Origin: Myxococcota bacterium | Lineage (GTDB): Bacteria; Myxococcota_A; UBA9160; JAFDDA01 | Reading direction: 5' to 3' | NCBI GenBank assembly: GCA_965228475.1 | Contig: OZ245817.1 | Location: forward strand, 4,704,001-4,768,000 | Length of the DNA stretch: 64,000 nucleotides | Shown: positions 44,975 to 57,026 of the stretch, one piece after another | Layout of the letters: each line of letters starts with the position of its first letter | Position numbering within the stretch: position 1 is the first letter of the stretch | Program-made: the position numbers and the translations under genes | Notes under the pieces: generated by a model | Told to the model about the DNA's origin: nothing | Seen by the model: the letters and a program-made list of their open reading frames with translations, nothing else | The model's database searches: none

Positions 44975-45667
44975 CTAGGACACCGGGAGCAGTGCGGCGA
45001 TGAGGAAGCGAATCACGTGCTCGCGCGCCTCGTCCGGATCGTACGCCTCGGGGGCGCGGTCCCAGTGGATGTGCACCGCCCAGGTCACGAGCGTCTCGAG
45101 CGTGATGCGGGCGAGCAGGCGGACGTTCGGGACGCGTCGGATCTGGCCCGAGGCCATGCGCTGCTCGAGGTAGCGGCGCAGGGAAGCCCGCCCGCCCTCG
45201 CGCCCCGTCTCCTGCCAGATGGGGCCGAGCTCCGGATGGTCGAGACAGCGGTCGATCAGCTTGATCCCGCGGCGGTTCGCGCTGAGCACGTCGAAGAGCT
45301 CACCGAGAACGGCTTCGAGTTCGCCGCGCGGGTCGCCGGCCCGATCGCGACCGTTCGCCGCTTCGAGGAGTGGCTGCGTCGATTCCTCCGAGATCCGCTG
45401 CTTCACGAAGACGCTGAGCGACCCGGACTTCGGCGTGGGGATGGGCAGGTGCTCGGGCTTCTCGATCCGGCCTTCGCGGTCCGCGGCGCCGACACAGAGC
45501 GCGAAGAGGGCCTCCTTGCTCTCGACGTAGCCGTAGAGCGTTCCCTTCGCGACACCGACGGCGGCAGCGACGTCGGCCATCTGCGTGCGGCGATACCCCC
45601 GCTCGATGAAGACCTCGACGGCAGCGTCGACGAGCTCGCCGAAGCGCTCTTCGGGAATCCGTCTCAC
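44975..45667 (-). CDS. TetR/AcrR family transcriptional regulator
   Basis: GYRRTQMADVAAAVGVAKGTLYGYVESKEALF. Confidence 0.92.
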   Translation of the reverse strand: MRRIPEERFGELVDAAVEVFIERGYRRTQMADVAAAVGVAKGTLYGYVESKEALFALCVGAADREGRIEKPEHLPIPTPKSGSLSVFVKQRISEESTQPLLEAANGRDRAGDPRGELEAVLGELFDVLSANRRGIKLIDRCLDHPELGPIWQETGREGGRASLRRYLEQRMASGQIRRVPNVRLLARITLETLVTWAVHIHWDRAPEAYDPDEAREHVIRFLIAALLPVS

Positions 45668-46317
45668 CGGGCGCCCGCCTCCGTTCGTGGCTCGAAGATC
45701 TGGAAGCTCTGGACGGGGAGGAACTCGAAGCTCTCGGTCCGCCGATAGCCCGCCGCTTCCATCTCGGAAACGATCACGGCGGCATCGCTCGTGTGCTCAC
45801 CCTGGATCCAACGGATCGGCGCCGGCGTGTCGTGGCGGTCGTCGAGATGGGCGACGCGCCCGCCGGCCGCGAGATCCGTGCGCAAGCGCTCGAAGTAGGC
45901 GATCTGGCCCTCGATGTGGTGATAGGTCAGGCAGGTCATCGCGAGGTCGATCTCTCCATCGGGGAGCTCCGGATCTTCGTAGCGGCCCCGAACGATGACG
46001 ACGTTCTCGAGGGCCTCCCGCGAGACGCGCTCCTCGAGCTCCGCGATCTTATCGTCTTCGACCTCCACCGCGAAGACGACGCCTTCTTGGCCGACCGCGC
46101 TCGAGAGGTAGGGCAGCCAGTAGCCGTCCCCGGCGCCGATCTCCGCGACCCGGTCTCCCTCCGCCAGGCCGAGGGAGCGGACGACCCGCTCCGGATGCTG
46201 CCAGCCGTCTCGTCCCCCGGTGAGGAGGCCCGGAAGATCGACCTTCGCGACCGGCGCGCAGGCGGTGCCGAGCGCCGTCAACGAAGACAGGGCCATGCAG
46301 CGGGCGAAGCGCTTCAT
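45664..46317 (-). CDS. Class I SAM-dependent methyltransferase (lipoprotein-like)
   Basis: RDGWQHP, motif I VAEIGAGDG, FAVEVE, TYHHI; N-terminal LGTAC. Confidence 0.87.
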   Translation of the reverse strand: MKRFARCMALSSLTALGTACAPVAKVDLPGLLTGGRDGWQHPERVVRSLGLAEGDRVAEIGAGDGYWLPYLSSAVGQEGVVFAVEVEDDKIAELEERVSREALENVVIVRGRYEDPELPDGEIDLAMTCLTYHHIEGQIAYFERLRTDLAAGGRVAHLDDRHDTPAPIRWIQGEHTSDAAVIVSEMEAAGYRRTESFEFLPVQSFQIFEPRTEAGAR

Positions 46318-47699
46318 CGGATCTTTCCTCCGGACTCGAGGGCGAGACGCCGGATACGCCGGCGGTACTCCTGGTGGCGCCCTTCGTCGAGGCCGAGGCG
46401 CGCCAACAAGGCCATGGCGAGGAGGGTCGCGAGGAGCGGCAGAACGGAGACCGAGAGTTGGATCCCGTTCAGCGTCTCCGCCGTCTGGGCCACGTTGGGC
46501 TCGAAGCCGATCCCGGAAAGCAGGAGGCCTGCGAAGAGGATCGAGAACCCGACGGCCATCTTGATCGCCAGGTTCCACGTCGCGAAGAAGGTGCCCTCCT
46601 TCCGCTCTCCCGTTCGGGCTTCGTCGCCGTCGACCACGTCGGCCTTGAGCGAAGGGCCGAGCACGGCGCCCGCCCCGGTGGCCGCTCCGAAGACCACGGT
46701 GAGCCCTGCGATGAGGAGCGTGTCCCCGGCCCCGACGAAGGCCATCCCCGCGAAGACGCCGCCCTTCACCGCGAGCGAGCCGCCCCAGACCCGGGCCTTC
46801 CCGAAGCGCCGTGAGAGCGGCACCCACACCGGGAGCGTCGCGAGGGTCGTGAGGATCGCGCCGAAGAGGTAGTACGCCGTCGAACCCGGCGTCTCGAGCA
46901 CGTACTCCGTCACGTAGGGAAGCATCACGACGAAGATCTGGTAGCCGAGCATCTCGAGGAAGAAGACGCCGACCAGGATGCGCGCCTCCCGGTTCCGCAT
47001 GACGTCGAGGAACGCGGCGTGGGGCGCCTTGCTGCCGCCGCGCCCGAGGTGATGCTCCGGCTCGCTCAGCCCCGCGCTGACGATGACGGTGCCGATCACC
47101 ATGAGCAGACCCGCGGCCGTGGCAACGCACACCGCAGCCACCCGCGGTGAGTCGGCGTTCTCCATCAAGAGGAGGGAAGCGGCGCCGAGCACGATCCCGA
47201 TGTGGTCGCCGAAGGCCTTCGCGCCGAACACGCGCGTCCGGTCGTGGTAGCCCTCGGAGAGCTCCGCGCCGAGGGCGTGGTAGGGCACGCTGAAGGCGGT
47301 CACGGCGGTGTAGAAGAGCAGGATCGACGCGCCCATCCACAGGTCGAGGTGCTCGGGCGGAAGGGAGTCCGGCGGGGACCAGACCGCCATGTAGGAGCCG
47401 GCGATCGGCAGCGCCGAGAAGAGGAACCACGGCCGTCTTCGCCCGAGGCGGGTCCGCGTCCGGTCGCTCAGGTGCCCGACGACCGGGTCGGTGACCGCGT
47501 CCCAGAAGCGCCCGACGGCGAAGATCACTCCGATCGTCGCCGGGGCGATCAGCAGGACGTCGGTTGAGAACTTCAGGAGGTACAGGCTCACGGCCGTGAA
47601 CACGAAGTGGATGGCCACCCCCGGCGCGCCGTAGGCGATCAGGACGGAGAGGGGGACGCGGGCCTCGGAGCCTCGGGACGGTGCGGAGTACTGGGTCAT
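46314..47699 (-). CDS. MFS transporter, GPH (MelB-like) family
   Basis: WDAVTDPVVGHLSDRTRTRLGRRRPW, PYHALGAELS..YHDRT, ADVVD..E..TGERKEGTF. Confidence 0.92.
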   Translation of the reverse strand: MTQYSAPSRGSEARVPLSVLIAYGAPGVAIHFVFTAVSLYLLKFSTDVLLIAPATIGVIFAVGRFWDAVTDPVVGHLSDRTRTRLGRRRPWFLFSALPIAGSYMAVWSPPDSLPPEHLDLWMGASILLFYTAVTAFSVPYHALGAELSEGYHDRTRVFGAKAFGDHIGIVLGAASLLLMENADSPRVAAVCVATAAGLLMVIGTVIVSAGLSEPEHHLGRGGSKAPHAAFLDVMRNREARILVGVFFLEMLGYQIFVVMLPYVTEYVLETPGSTAYYLFGAILTTLATLPVWVPLSRRFGKARVWGGSLAVKGGVFAGMAFVGAGDTLLIAGLTVVFGAATGAGAVLGPSLKADVVDGDEARTGERKEGTFFATWNLAIKMAVGFSILFAGLLLSGIGFEPNVAQTAETLNGIQLSVSVLPLLATLLAMALLARLGLDEGRHQEYRRRIRRLALESGGKIR

Positions 47700-47738
47700 G
47701 CGGGCCTCCTGGGTCGGTGGCCGCAAGGTAATGTTAAC

Positions 47739-47753
47739 TGACCCGGTCGGTCA
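47739..47753. promoter_or_regulatory. Candidate TetR operator overlapping the -35 of the MFS operon promoter
   Basis: TGACC-CGGTC-GGTCA; minus-strand TTGACC-N18-TACCTT. Confidence 0.5.
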
Positions 47754-47819
47754 AGTCTTCAAGAAGAACGGGTCCCAGGTATCATGATTCCCATTGGAAA
47801 TCAGATACTTGGGCGCTCG

Positions 47820-49634
<1,815 letters not shown>

Positions 49635-49654
49635 GGGTTTCTCCTTGAGACCTT

Positions 49655-51487
49655 CTAAAAAGCTGCGCTGCTTGAGCTGCCGGGGCGGCCGGGGGGCCGC
49701 ACCGACGGTTCGGGGACATGGGTTCTTCGGCGTCGGCGCTCGACGCGCTGCTGGGCCTCGGCCAGAAGCTCCGCATCGGAGAGCTCCTGCCGCTGCCAGC
49801 GGCGGCGCCGGTCGCGTCCTTCGTCGCGCTGGGTGGCTTCTTGGAGGCTCGCCACCACGTCCGCGAAGACTCGTTTCGCCCGCTCGGCGTCGCCCGCGAA
49901 GCGATCGTCGAGCACGACGCTGCGGAGCACCGCCAGCGCCACGGGATCCTCGCCGGCACCCGCGCCGTCGGCGGCGTCGATCGCGGCGACGTCGACCGTT
50001 CCGGCGCGCGCCGCTTCGTCGAGGGCGCGGGAGAGGGCCGTCCGGGCGGGGCTCTCGGGAACCAGGGAAAGCAGCGCGTCGTGAGGCTCGACGCTCGCGA
50101 GGCTCGGGTCGGACACGATCGCGGCGATCAGATCGAGGGTCCAACGCACGCGGCGGTCGTCGCGCCGCGGCGGCTCGGGGACGGCTTCCCGCGCGGCGGT
50201 CTCCCCGCCGCTGCGCGCGCGCAGCGTCGCCTGCTCGACCGCGGCGATCTCGACGTCCACGGCCAGGGCGAGCTGGCGGATGCGCTCGCTGCGCTCGACG
50301 GCATCGGGCACGAGCGCGAACAGCGGCGCCACGGCCGCAACGGCATCCGCCTTCTCCCAGGGCGTCGCGCAGCCGCGGGCGACCGCACGCGAGATCACGC
50401 GGTCGAAGGCCGGCTCGGAGGCGTCGACGCGGGCGCGCAGGCCCTCGGCCCCCTCGCTCGCGAGCAGGTCGTCGGGGTCCTGGCCGGCCGGGAGGAGCAC
50501 CGTCTCCGCGCGCAGCCCTTCGGGTAACAGGACCTCGAGAGCGGACTCCGCCGCGCGCTGGCCGGCCTCGTCGCCATCGAAGACCAGGACCACGCGGCCC
50601 GTCCGTCGGCGGAGCGCCCGCGCATGCTCGGCGGTGAGCGCCGTGCCGCAGGTCGCCACGGCTTCCTCGATGCCGGCGCGGTGCATCGCGATCCGGTCGA
50701 AGTACCCCTCCACGACGACCGCCCTCTCGCTCTTCCGCATGGCCGCGACGGCGTCGTTCAGGCCGTAGAAGACTTCGCGCTTCTTATAGATTGGGCTCTC
50801 GGGGGTGTTCAGGTACTTCGGCTTCTGCTCGTCCTGGGTCGCGCGGCCGCCGAACCCGAGCACCTGGCCGCGTGCATCCTGGATCGGGAAGGTGATGCGC
50901 CCGCGCAGCATGTCGTAGCTGCGGCCTTCGCGATTCCCGATCAACCCGGCCTGCTGGCCGATGGCCGCCGGGATCTTCTCGCGCTCGAGGCGTCCGAGCA
51001 GCGCACGCCCGCTCGCCGGCGCGAAGCCGATGCCGAAGCGCGCGATCTCCTCCGGTCCGATGCCCCGCTTCGCCAGATACGCGCGCGCGGCCTCCGCTTC
51101 CGGCGCGCGCAGGGCCTCGGCGTAGAGCGCCTGGGCGGTCTGGTTCGCGCCGCGGAGCTTCTCCGAGAGCCCCGCCTCGCCCGGCGCGGCGTGCTCGGGA
51201 ATCTCGATCCCGAGCTCGCGGGCGAGGGTCCGCACCGCCTCGGGGAAGGTGAGGTTCTCGTGCATCATCAGGAACGTGATGGCGTTGCCGCCCTCGCCGC
51301 ACCCGAAGCAATGGAAGATCTGCCGTTCGACGTTGACGTTGAACGACGGAGTCTTTTCGTCGTGGAAGGGACAAAGCCCGGAAAAGTTGCGTCCGGACTT
51401 CTTAAGGCTGACGTGGCGTCCGATCAGTTCGACCAGATCGACGCGATCCCGAATGGCTTGGAGGGTTTCCTCGGGAATGCGTGCCAC
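49655..51487 (-). CDS. dnaG: DNA primase
   Basis: [11 protein letters not shown]...CFGC zinc finger, [31 protein letters not shown]. Confidence 0.97.
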   Translation of the reverse strand: MARIPEETLQAIRDRVDLVELIGRHVSLKKSGRNFSGLCPFHDEKTPSFNVNVERQIFHCFGCGEGGNAITFLMMHENLTFPEAVRTLARELGIEIPEHAAPGEAGLSEKLRGANQTAQALYAEALRAPEAEAARAYLAKRGIGPEEIARFGIGFAPASGRALLGRLEREKIPAAIGQQAGLIGNREGRSYDMLRGRITFPIQDARGQVLGFGGRATQDEQKPKYLNTPESPIYKKREVFYGLNDAVAAMRKSERAVVVEGYFDRIAMHRAGIEEAVATCGTALTAEHARALRRRTGRVVLVFDGDEAGQRAAESALEVLLPEGLRAETVLLPAGQDPDDLLASEGAEGLRARVDASEPAFDRVISRAVARGCATPWEKADAVAAVAPLFALVPDAVERSERIRQLALAVDVEIAAVEQATLRARSGGETAAREAVPEPPRRDDRRVRWTLDLIAAIVSDPSLASVEPHDALLSLVPESPARTALSRALDEAARAGTVDVAAIDAADGAGAGEDPVALAVLRSVVLDDRFAGDAERAKRVFADVVASLQEATQRDEGRDRRRRWQRQELSDAELLAEAQQRVERRRRRTHVPEPSVRPPGRPGSSSSAAF

Positions 51488-51499
51488 TTCGACCCCGAC

Positions 51500-51697
51500 C
51501 TAGCGCGCCGCCCTCTTGAGCTTCTTCAGCGCCCGCTTCCGTGCCGCCGCAGCCTTCTTCTTCTTGCGGATGCTCGGCTTGTCGTAGTACTCGCGGCGGC
51601 GCAGCTCAGTGAGGATTCCGGCCTTTTCGCACTGCTTCTTGAAGCGCTTCATGGCCTGTTCGAAGGTTTCGTTCTCTTTGACTTTGACGACCGGCAT
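51500..51697 (-). CDS. rpsU: 30S ribosomal protein S21
   Basis: [10 protein letters not shown]...[23 protein letters not shown]. Confidence 0.97.
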   Translation of the reverse strand: MPVVKVKENETFEQAMKRFKKQCEKAGILTELRRREYYDKPSIRKKKKAAAARKRALKKLKRAAR

Positions 51698-52001
51698 TCG
51701 AGCGGGTCTCCCAGCGAATCTGACGCTCCGTCAGATGCGCGACGCTATCGGAAGTAAGTGGTCGCGGAAACCCGCTCGTGTCGGAAGCTGCCGGTTGAAG
51801 AACGCGGCCGGGAGAGGCCGGTGGGCGGCGGCAACTTCGCCACAGAACTGAGTTTTACGCGCTATCCCCCAGAAAAACTGAACAAATTCAAACGTTTGCC
51901 AGCACCCGTGCGCGAGGCCGAGCAAGGCTAGCCCAGGGGTTTTCCGCCTGCCACGACGCCGCGTGTCATCGAATCGTTCCCCAAGCCCCGAGAATTTCGT
52001 G

Positions 52002-52880
52002 CTAGGCGCGAGGGCCTTCCAGGGGCTCCCTGGGAGGCCGGACGGGGATGCCGAGGGCCATCAGATCGCGCTTCACCTCCCCCACCGTCGTTTCCTTGAA
52101 GTGGAAGATCGAGGCCGCCAGCGCCGCCTGGGCGTGGCCGCCTTCGGGGCCGTCGTCGAGGGCCTTCGCCATGTCCTCGGCGCTGCCGCCGCCGCCGGAG
52201 GCGATCACCGGGATGGGGATCGCGTCCGCCACGGTGCGCACGGCTTCGAGGTCGTAGCCCGCCTTCGTCCCGTCGCGATCCATGCTCGTGAGCAGGATCT
52301 CGCCGGCGCCCGCCTCGGCCATCGCGCGCGCCCAGGCCACGGCATCGATCCCCGCCGGCGTGCGCCCGCCGTGGGTACAGACCTCCCAGCGCGATTCGCC
52401 GGGGACGATGGGTGCGAGCGCGGCACCCGCGAGCTTCTCCCCGCCGGCGCGCTCGCTCGGAACGAGGACATCGCCCGAGACCGCACGCGCATCGATCGCG
52501 ACGACGAGGTTCGCGCTGCCGATCTTCGCCGCGGCGCGCGCGACGAGGTCCGGATCCTTCACCGCGGCGGTCATGATCGAGACCTTGTCCGCGCCGGCGT
52601 TCAAGAGATCCCGGATGTCGTCGAGGCTGCGCACGCCGCCCCCCACCGTGAGCGGCATGAAGACGGTCTCGGCCGTGCGCGAGACGACGTCGAAGATCGT
52701 GCGGCGTTCCTGGTGGCTCGCGGTGATGTCGAGGAAGGTGATCTCGTCGGCTTCCTGGGCATCGTACATCTGGGCGACCTCGACCGGGTCGCCCGCGTCG
52801 ACGTGGTCGACGTACTGCACGCCCTTCACGACGCGGCCGTCGGCGACGTCGAGGCACGGGATGATGCGCTTCTTCAGCAT
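52002..52880 (-). CDS. hisF: Imidazole glycerol phosphate synthase cyclase subunit
   Basis: [47 protein letters not shown]. Confidence 0.97.
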   Translation of the reverse strand: MLKKRIIPCLDVADGRVVKGVQYVDHVDAGDPVEVAQMYDAQEADEITFLDITASHQERRTIFDVVSRTAETVFMPLTVGGGVRSLDDIRDLLNAGADKVSIMTAAVKDPDLVARAAAKIGSANLVVAIDARAVSGDVLVPSERAGGEKLAGAALAPIVPGESRWEVCTHGGRTPAGIDAVAWARAMAEAGAGEILLTSMDRDGTKAGYDLEAVRTVADAIPIPVIASGGGGSAEDMAKALDDGPEGGHAQAALAASIFHFKETTVGEVKRDLMALGIPVRPPREPLEGPRA

Positions 52881-52896
52881 CGCGGCGCCCGCATCT

Positions 52897-53637
52897 TCAC
52901 GAGGATGCCTCGACGGCCTCGGCCAGATCGACCGCACCGGTGTAGAGCGCGCGGCCGACGATGATGCCGGCGATGCCGTCCGCCTGGGCCTCGGCCGCCG
53001 CACGCACGTGGGCGACTTCGCCGACGCCGCCGGAGACGATCACGGGGATCGAGACGGCGCGCGCGAGCTCTCGGGTCGCCTCGAGGTTCGGCCCGGTCTG
53101 CATGCCGTCGCGCGCGATGTCGGTGTGGATGATGGCCGCGACGCCCGCGTCCTCGAAGCGCCGGGCGAGATCCACGGCCGTGGTCTCGCTCGCCTCGAGC
53201 CAGCCTTCGACCGCGACGCGCCCGTCCTTGGCGTCGATGCCGACGGCCACCTGCCCGGGGAAGGCGCGGGCGGCTTCGCGCACGAGCTCGGGTTCGCGCA
53301 GGGCCACCGTCCCGAAGATCACGCGCTCGACGCCGAGGGCGAGGGTCTCCTCCGCGATCTCCACGCTCCGGATGCCGCCGCCGACCTGGAGCGGAACCTT
53401 CCCGGCGGCGTCGGCGACCTCGGCGATCCGGCGGATCGCCTCGCGGTTGCGCGGGGTGCCCTCCTTCGCGCCGTCGAGATCCACCGCGTGGAGGCGGCGC
53501 ACCTTCGCGGCGACGAAGCGCTCGGCCATCGCGCCCGGGTCGTCGCCGTACTCCGTCGCCTGGTCGTAGCGCCCCTGGGAGAGACGCACGCAGCGCCCCC
53601 CGAGGAGGTCGATGGCCGGGATCAGCTCGAACGCCAT
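52897..53637 (-). CDS. hisA: ProFAR isomerase
   Basis: [38 protein letters not shown]. Confidence 0.97.
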   Translation of the reverse strand: MAFELIPAIDLLGGRCVRLSQGRYDQATEYGDDPGAMAERFVAAKVRRLHAVDLDGAKEGTPRNREAIRRIAEVADAAGKVPLQVGGGIRSVEIAEETLALGVERVIFGTVALREPELVREAARAFPGQVAVGIDAKDGRVAVEGWLEASETTAVDLARRFEDAGVAAIIHTDIARDGMQTGPNLEATRELARAVSIPVIVSGGVGEVAHVRAAAEAQADGIAGIIVGRALYTGAVDLAEAVEASS

Positions 53638-53644
53638 GGCCGCC

Positions 53645-54307
53645 CTAGTAGGCGCTCTCGCCGGCGGGCATGGACTTCGACATCTCGCTCGCGCCCCAGC
53701 GCGCGAGCTCCTCCGCCGTCAGCCAGCGCGTGCCGCCGCCCGGGTAGCGGCGCACGTTCAGCAGGTTCTCGTTGATCGGCTGCTGCGTCTCTTCGAACGT
53801 GCCGCTCCACAGACGCCGCGCGGCCGGGGCGTCCTGGAGCATCACGCGGAATCCCACGCTCGCCGGGTTCGCCGCGGCGAGGGATTGCCCCGTCCGCTCG
53901 CGGAAGCGGGTCACCGTGCCGGTCAGGACGCCGTCGGCCCCGAAGGCGAAGGCCGCGAGGTTCGCGATGGGCCGCCGGTTCTCCGGAATGGCCGGGTCGA
54001 GGCCCGCCTCGTCGAGGGCGACGCGGAAGTCGTCCGCCGGAATGACGCGCACGCCGCGGCCGGCCAGGGCTTCGGTCACGTAGCGCGTCACGAGCTTGGT
54101 GACGGCCTCCGTCGAATCCGTCGTGTTCTCGGGGCCGCTGCGCTTGAGATCCCCGCCCGTGGTGAAGGGGACCACCACGACCTTGCTCACCGTGGCGCCG
54201 CCGCGGTCTTCGAAGGCCGGGAAGGTCTCCTGGCGGACCGTGTCGAAGGCACAGGCGGAGAGCAGCAGCGCCGCGGCCGCGGCCCAGACCGTTCGCACGC
54301 GCCTCAC
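53645..54307 (-). CDS. Hypothetical lipoprotein within his operon
   Basis: Lipobox LSAC; KVVVVPF, GADGVLTGTV, LWSG, resembling CsgG/LpoB-like alpha/beta lipoproteins; GTG overlaps hisH stop. Confidence 0.72.
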   Translation of the reverse strand: MRRVRTVWAAAAALLLSACAFDTVRQETFPAFEDRGGATVSKVVVVPFTTGGDLKRSGPENTTDSTEAVTKLVTRYVTEALAGRGVRVIPADDFRVALDEAGLDPAIPENRRPIANLAAFAFGADGVLTGTVTRFRERTGQSLAAANPASVGFRVMLQDAPAARRLWSGTFEETQQPINENLLNVRRYPGGGTRWLTAEELARWGASEMSKSMPAGESAY

Positions 54308-54930
54308 TGGGCCACCCACTCGGCGTAGGCGGAAAGCAGACGGTGACCCGCGGACTGACTCTTCTCGGGATGGAACTGCACGGCGAAGATGCCCTCCCTG
54401 GCGACGGCCGATGCGAAAGGTCCACCATACTCCGTCACGCCGACCACGTCGCTCGCTTCCGCGGGGCGCGCGTAGTAGGAGTGGACGAAGTAGTAGTCCT
54501 CTTTCTCCGGCAGGCCGCCGAGCATCGGGTGCGCACCCGAGAAGGCGACCTCGTTCCAGCCGATGTGCGGCACCGGAAGCGACGTCTCGGGGAAGCGCTC
54601 GACGCGGCCCGGCAGCACCCCGAAGCCCTTCGTCACGCCGTGCTCGTGGCCCTCTTCGAACAGCAGCTGGAGCCCGAGGCACAGGCCCAGGTAGGGCTTG
54701 CCGTCTTCGATCGCGCGGACGACCGCGGCGTCGAGCCCCTTGCTGGCGAGGCTCTCGGCGGCGTCCTTGAACGCACCGACGCCCGGCAGGACGACGCCGT
54801 CGGCGCGCGCGAGGGCCGCCGGGTCGCCGGTGACCTCGACGCGCAGCGGACACTGCTCGAGCGCCTTCGCCACGCTGCGAAGGTTTCCGTAGCCGTAGTC
54901 CACGACGGCGATGGTGGGGAGGGGGGACAT
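54304..54930 (-). CDS. hisH: Imidazole glycerol phosphate synthase glutaminase subunit
   Basis: DYGYGNLRSV, LPGVGAF, GLCLGLQ, PHIGWN, YFVHSY, QFHPEKS. Confidence 0.97.
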   Translation of the reverse strand: MSPLPTIAVVDYGYGNLRSVAKALEQCPLRVEVTGDPAALARADGVVLPGVGAFKDAAESLASKGLDAAVVRAIEDGKPYLGLCLGLQLLFEEGHEHGVTKGFGVLPGRVERFPETSLPVPHIGWNEVAFSGAHPMLGGLPEKEDYYFVHSYYARPAEASDVVGVTEYGGPFASAVAREGIFAVQFHPEKSQSAGHRLLSAYAEWVAQ

Positions 54931-54934
54931 GTCT

Positions 54935-54994
54935 TTCCGTTCGAAGCTCGCGGGTTCCGTTCGGGGCTCGGGCGTTCCGTTCGAAGCCTTGGGG
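54935..54994. repeat. Three imperfect 20-bp tandem repeats in the hisB-hisH spacer
   Basis: TTCCGTTCGAAGCTCGCGGG / TTCCGTTCGGGGCTCGGGCG / TTCCGTTCGAAGCCTTGGGG at 54935, 54955, 54975. Confidence 0.8.
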
Positions 54995-55021
54995 GTTCGG
55001 CCGTTCGCTCTGCGGGTCGGG

Positions 55022-55612
55022 CTAGAGGCTGCCCTTCACCGAGGGCACGCCCTCGACACGCGGGTCGAGCTCCACCGCTTCGCGCAGTGCTCGTGCCGCG
55101 CCCTTGAAGACCGCCTCGACGACGTGGTGCGGGCTATTCCCGTACCGCTGCTCCACGTGGAGGTCGAGCCCGGCGTTCTGCGAGAACGCGTAGAGGAAAT
55201 CTTCGACCAGCGAGACGTCGAAGTTCCCGACGCGATCGTTCGGCAGGTTCACGAGGTAGACCATGTAGGGACGGTTCGAGACGTCGACGGAGGTCTCGAC
55301 CTTCGACTCGGCCATCGGCAGCACGCAGTGCCCGAAGCGCCGGATGCCCTCGGCGTTGCCGAGCGCCTCGCGGACGGCCTGACCGAGGGTGATGCCGACG
55401 TCCTCGACCGTGTGGTGCAGATCGACCTCGAGATCGCCCTTGGCCTCGAGCCGCAGGTCGAAGAGCCCGTGCTTGGTGAAGGACTCGAGCATGTGGTCGA
55501 AGAACGGGATGCCGGTCGCCACCTCGTAGCTGCCGGTGCCGTCCAGATCGAGCTCGATCCGGATCTCCGTTTCCTTCGTCTTCCGCGTGATCTGCGAGCG
55601 TCGCCCACTCAC
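55022..55612 (-). CDS. hisB: Imidazoleglycerol-phosphate dehydratase
   Basis: RKTKET, FFDHML, DLHHTVED, NSPHHVVEAVFK, PSVKGSL. Confidence 0.97.
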   Translation of the reverse strand: MSGRRSQITRKTKETEIRIELDLDGTGSYEVATGIPFFDHMLESFTKHGLFDLRLEAKGDLEVDLHHTVEDVGITLGQAVREALGNAEGIRRFGHCVLPMAESKVETSVDVSNRPYMVYLVNLPNDRVGNFDVSLVEDFLYAFSQNAGLDLHVEQRYGNSPHHVVEAVFKGAARALREAVELDPRVEGVPSVKGSL

Positions 55613-55652
55613 GGCTTTCCCTCTTCTTTCTGCGTCAGCCCGGCCGCGAAGC

Positions 55653-57023
55653 TCACGGCTGGACCTCCGCTTCCCGCGCCGCCTCGCGCTCCCGGCGCGC
55701 GCGGCGAATCTTCTGCAAGCGTAGCTCCACCGAGTTGGCGTGGCCGGTCAGGCCTTCGAGCTCGGCCAGGCGGATCACCTCGGTCCCGAGCTCGCGCATC
55801 TTCGGCGGCTCGAATCGCATGAAGCTCATCCGCTTCATGAAATCCTCGACGCCGAGCGGCGAGAAGAAGCGCGCCGTGCCCCCCGTCGGCAGCACGTGGC
55901 TCGGCCCGGCGAGGTAGTCCCCGACGGCCTCGGGCGTGTAGTGCCCGAGGAAGACGGCCCCGGCGTTCTCGACCTGCTTCAGCGCCACGTCCGGCTTCTC
56001 GATGGCGAGCACCAGGTGCTCGGGCGCGTAGCGGTTCGCGAGGGCGATCGACTCCTCGAGGTTCTTCGTGAGGATGATCGCGCCGCGGTCCGCGAGGGAC
56101 TTCTTCGCGATCTTCGCGCGCTCGAGACTCTTCAGCTGCTTTGCGAGCTGGTCCTGCACCTTGGTGATGAGACCCTTCGTGTGGGTCACGAGGATCGGGC
56201 ACGCGACCTCGTCGTGCTCGGCCTGGGAGAGCAGGTCCGCCGCGACCCAGGGCGCCGTCGCCGTGCGGTCGGCCACGATCAGGATCTCACTCGGGCCTGC
56301 CTCGGAGTCGATCGCGACCTGGCCGAAGACGAGGCTCTTGGCCGTCGCCACCCAGACGCTCCCGGGCCCGACGATCTTGTCGACGGCGGGCACGGACTCG
56401 GTGCCGTAGGCGAGCGCCGCCACCGCGTGCGCGCCGCCCATCTTGAAGATGCGGTGGACGCCGGCCAGGCGCGCGGCCATCAGCACGTCCGGGCGGATGC
56501 TGCCGTCGGGCTGGGGCGGCGTGGCCATCACGATCTCGGGGACGTCCACCACCGAGGCGGGCACCGCCGTCATGATCACCGAAGAGGGATAGGCCGCCTT
56601 TCCGCCGGGCACGTAGACGGCGACGCGAGAGAGCGGCCGCACCTTCATGCCGAGCAGGGCGCCGCCCTCCTCCTTGATCTCCCAGCCGGAGGGAATGCGC
56701 CGGCGGTGGAACTCCCGCACGCGCATGGCCGCCTTGCCGAGGGCGGCCCGGTCCGCCGGGTCGAGATCCTCGATGCCGGCGTCCCACTCGGCCTTCGTCA
56801 CTTCGAGGGCCTCGACCTTCGCACCGTCGTACTTCTTGACGAGGTCCGTGAGGGTCGCGTCGCCGCCCTCCCTCACCTGCTCGATGATCTTCCGGACGGA
56901 CTTCTCGACGGTGCCTTCGGACTCGAAGCGGCGCTCGCAGAGCGCGGCGAAGCGCTTCTCGAAACCACTGGCCTTCGCCTCGAGCACCGTCATCGGGCCC
57001 TTCGCACTGGCGCGGGCTGCCAT
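55653..57023 (-). CDS. hisD: Histidinol dehydrogenase
   Basis: YVPGGKAAYPSS, DKIVGPG, AGPSE, SQAEHD, APEHL, GDYLAGPSHVLPT. Confidence 0.97.
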   Translation of the reverse strand: MAARASAKGPMTVLEAKASGFEKRFAALCERRFESEGTVEKSVRKIIEQVREGGDATLTDLVKKYDGAKVEALEVTKAEWDAGIEDLDPADRAALGKAAMRVREFHRRRIPSGWEIKEEGGALLGMKVRPLSRVAVYVPGGKAAYPSSVIMTAVPASVVDVPEIVMATPPQPDGSIRPDVLMAARLAGVHRIFKMGGAHAVAALAYGTESVPAVDKIVGPGSVWVATAKSLVFGQVAIDSEAGPSEILIVADRTATAPWVAADLLSQAEHDEVACPILVTHTKGLITKVQDQLAKQLKSLERAKIAKKSLADRGAIILTKNLEESIALANRYAPEHLVLAIEKPDVALKQVENAGAVFLGHYTPEAVGDYLAGPSHVLPTGGTARFFSPLGVEDFMKRMSFMRFEPPKMRELGTEVIRLAELEGLTGHANSVELRLQKIRRARREREAAREAEVQP

Positions 57024-57026
57024 CGG

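Noticed and set aside
54935..55007. Possible mini CRISPR array
   Set aside because: Conserved core only 9 bp with 11-bp similar spacers, and no cas genes in the window.
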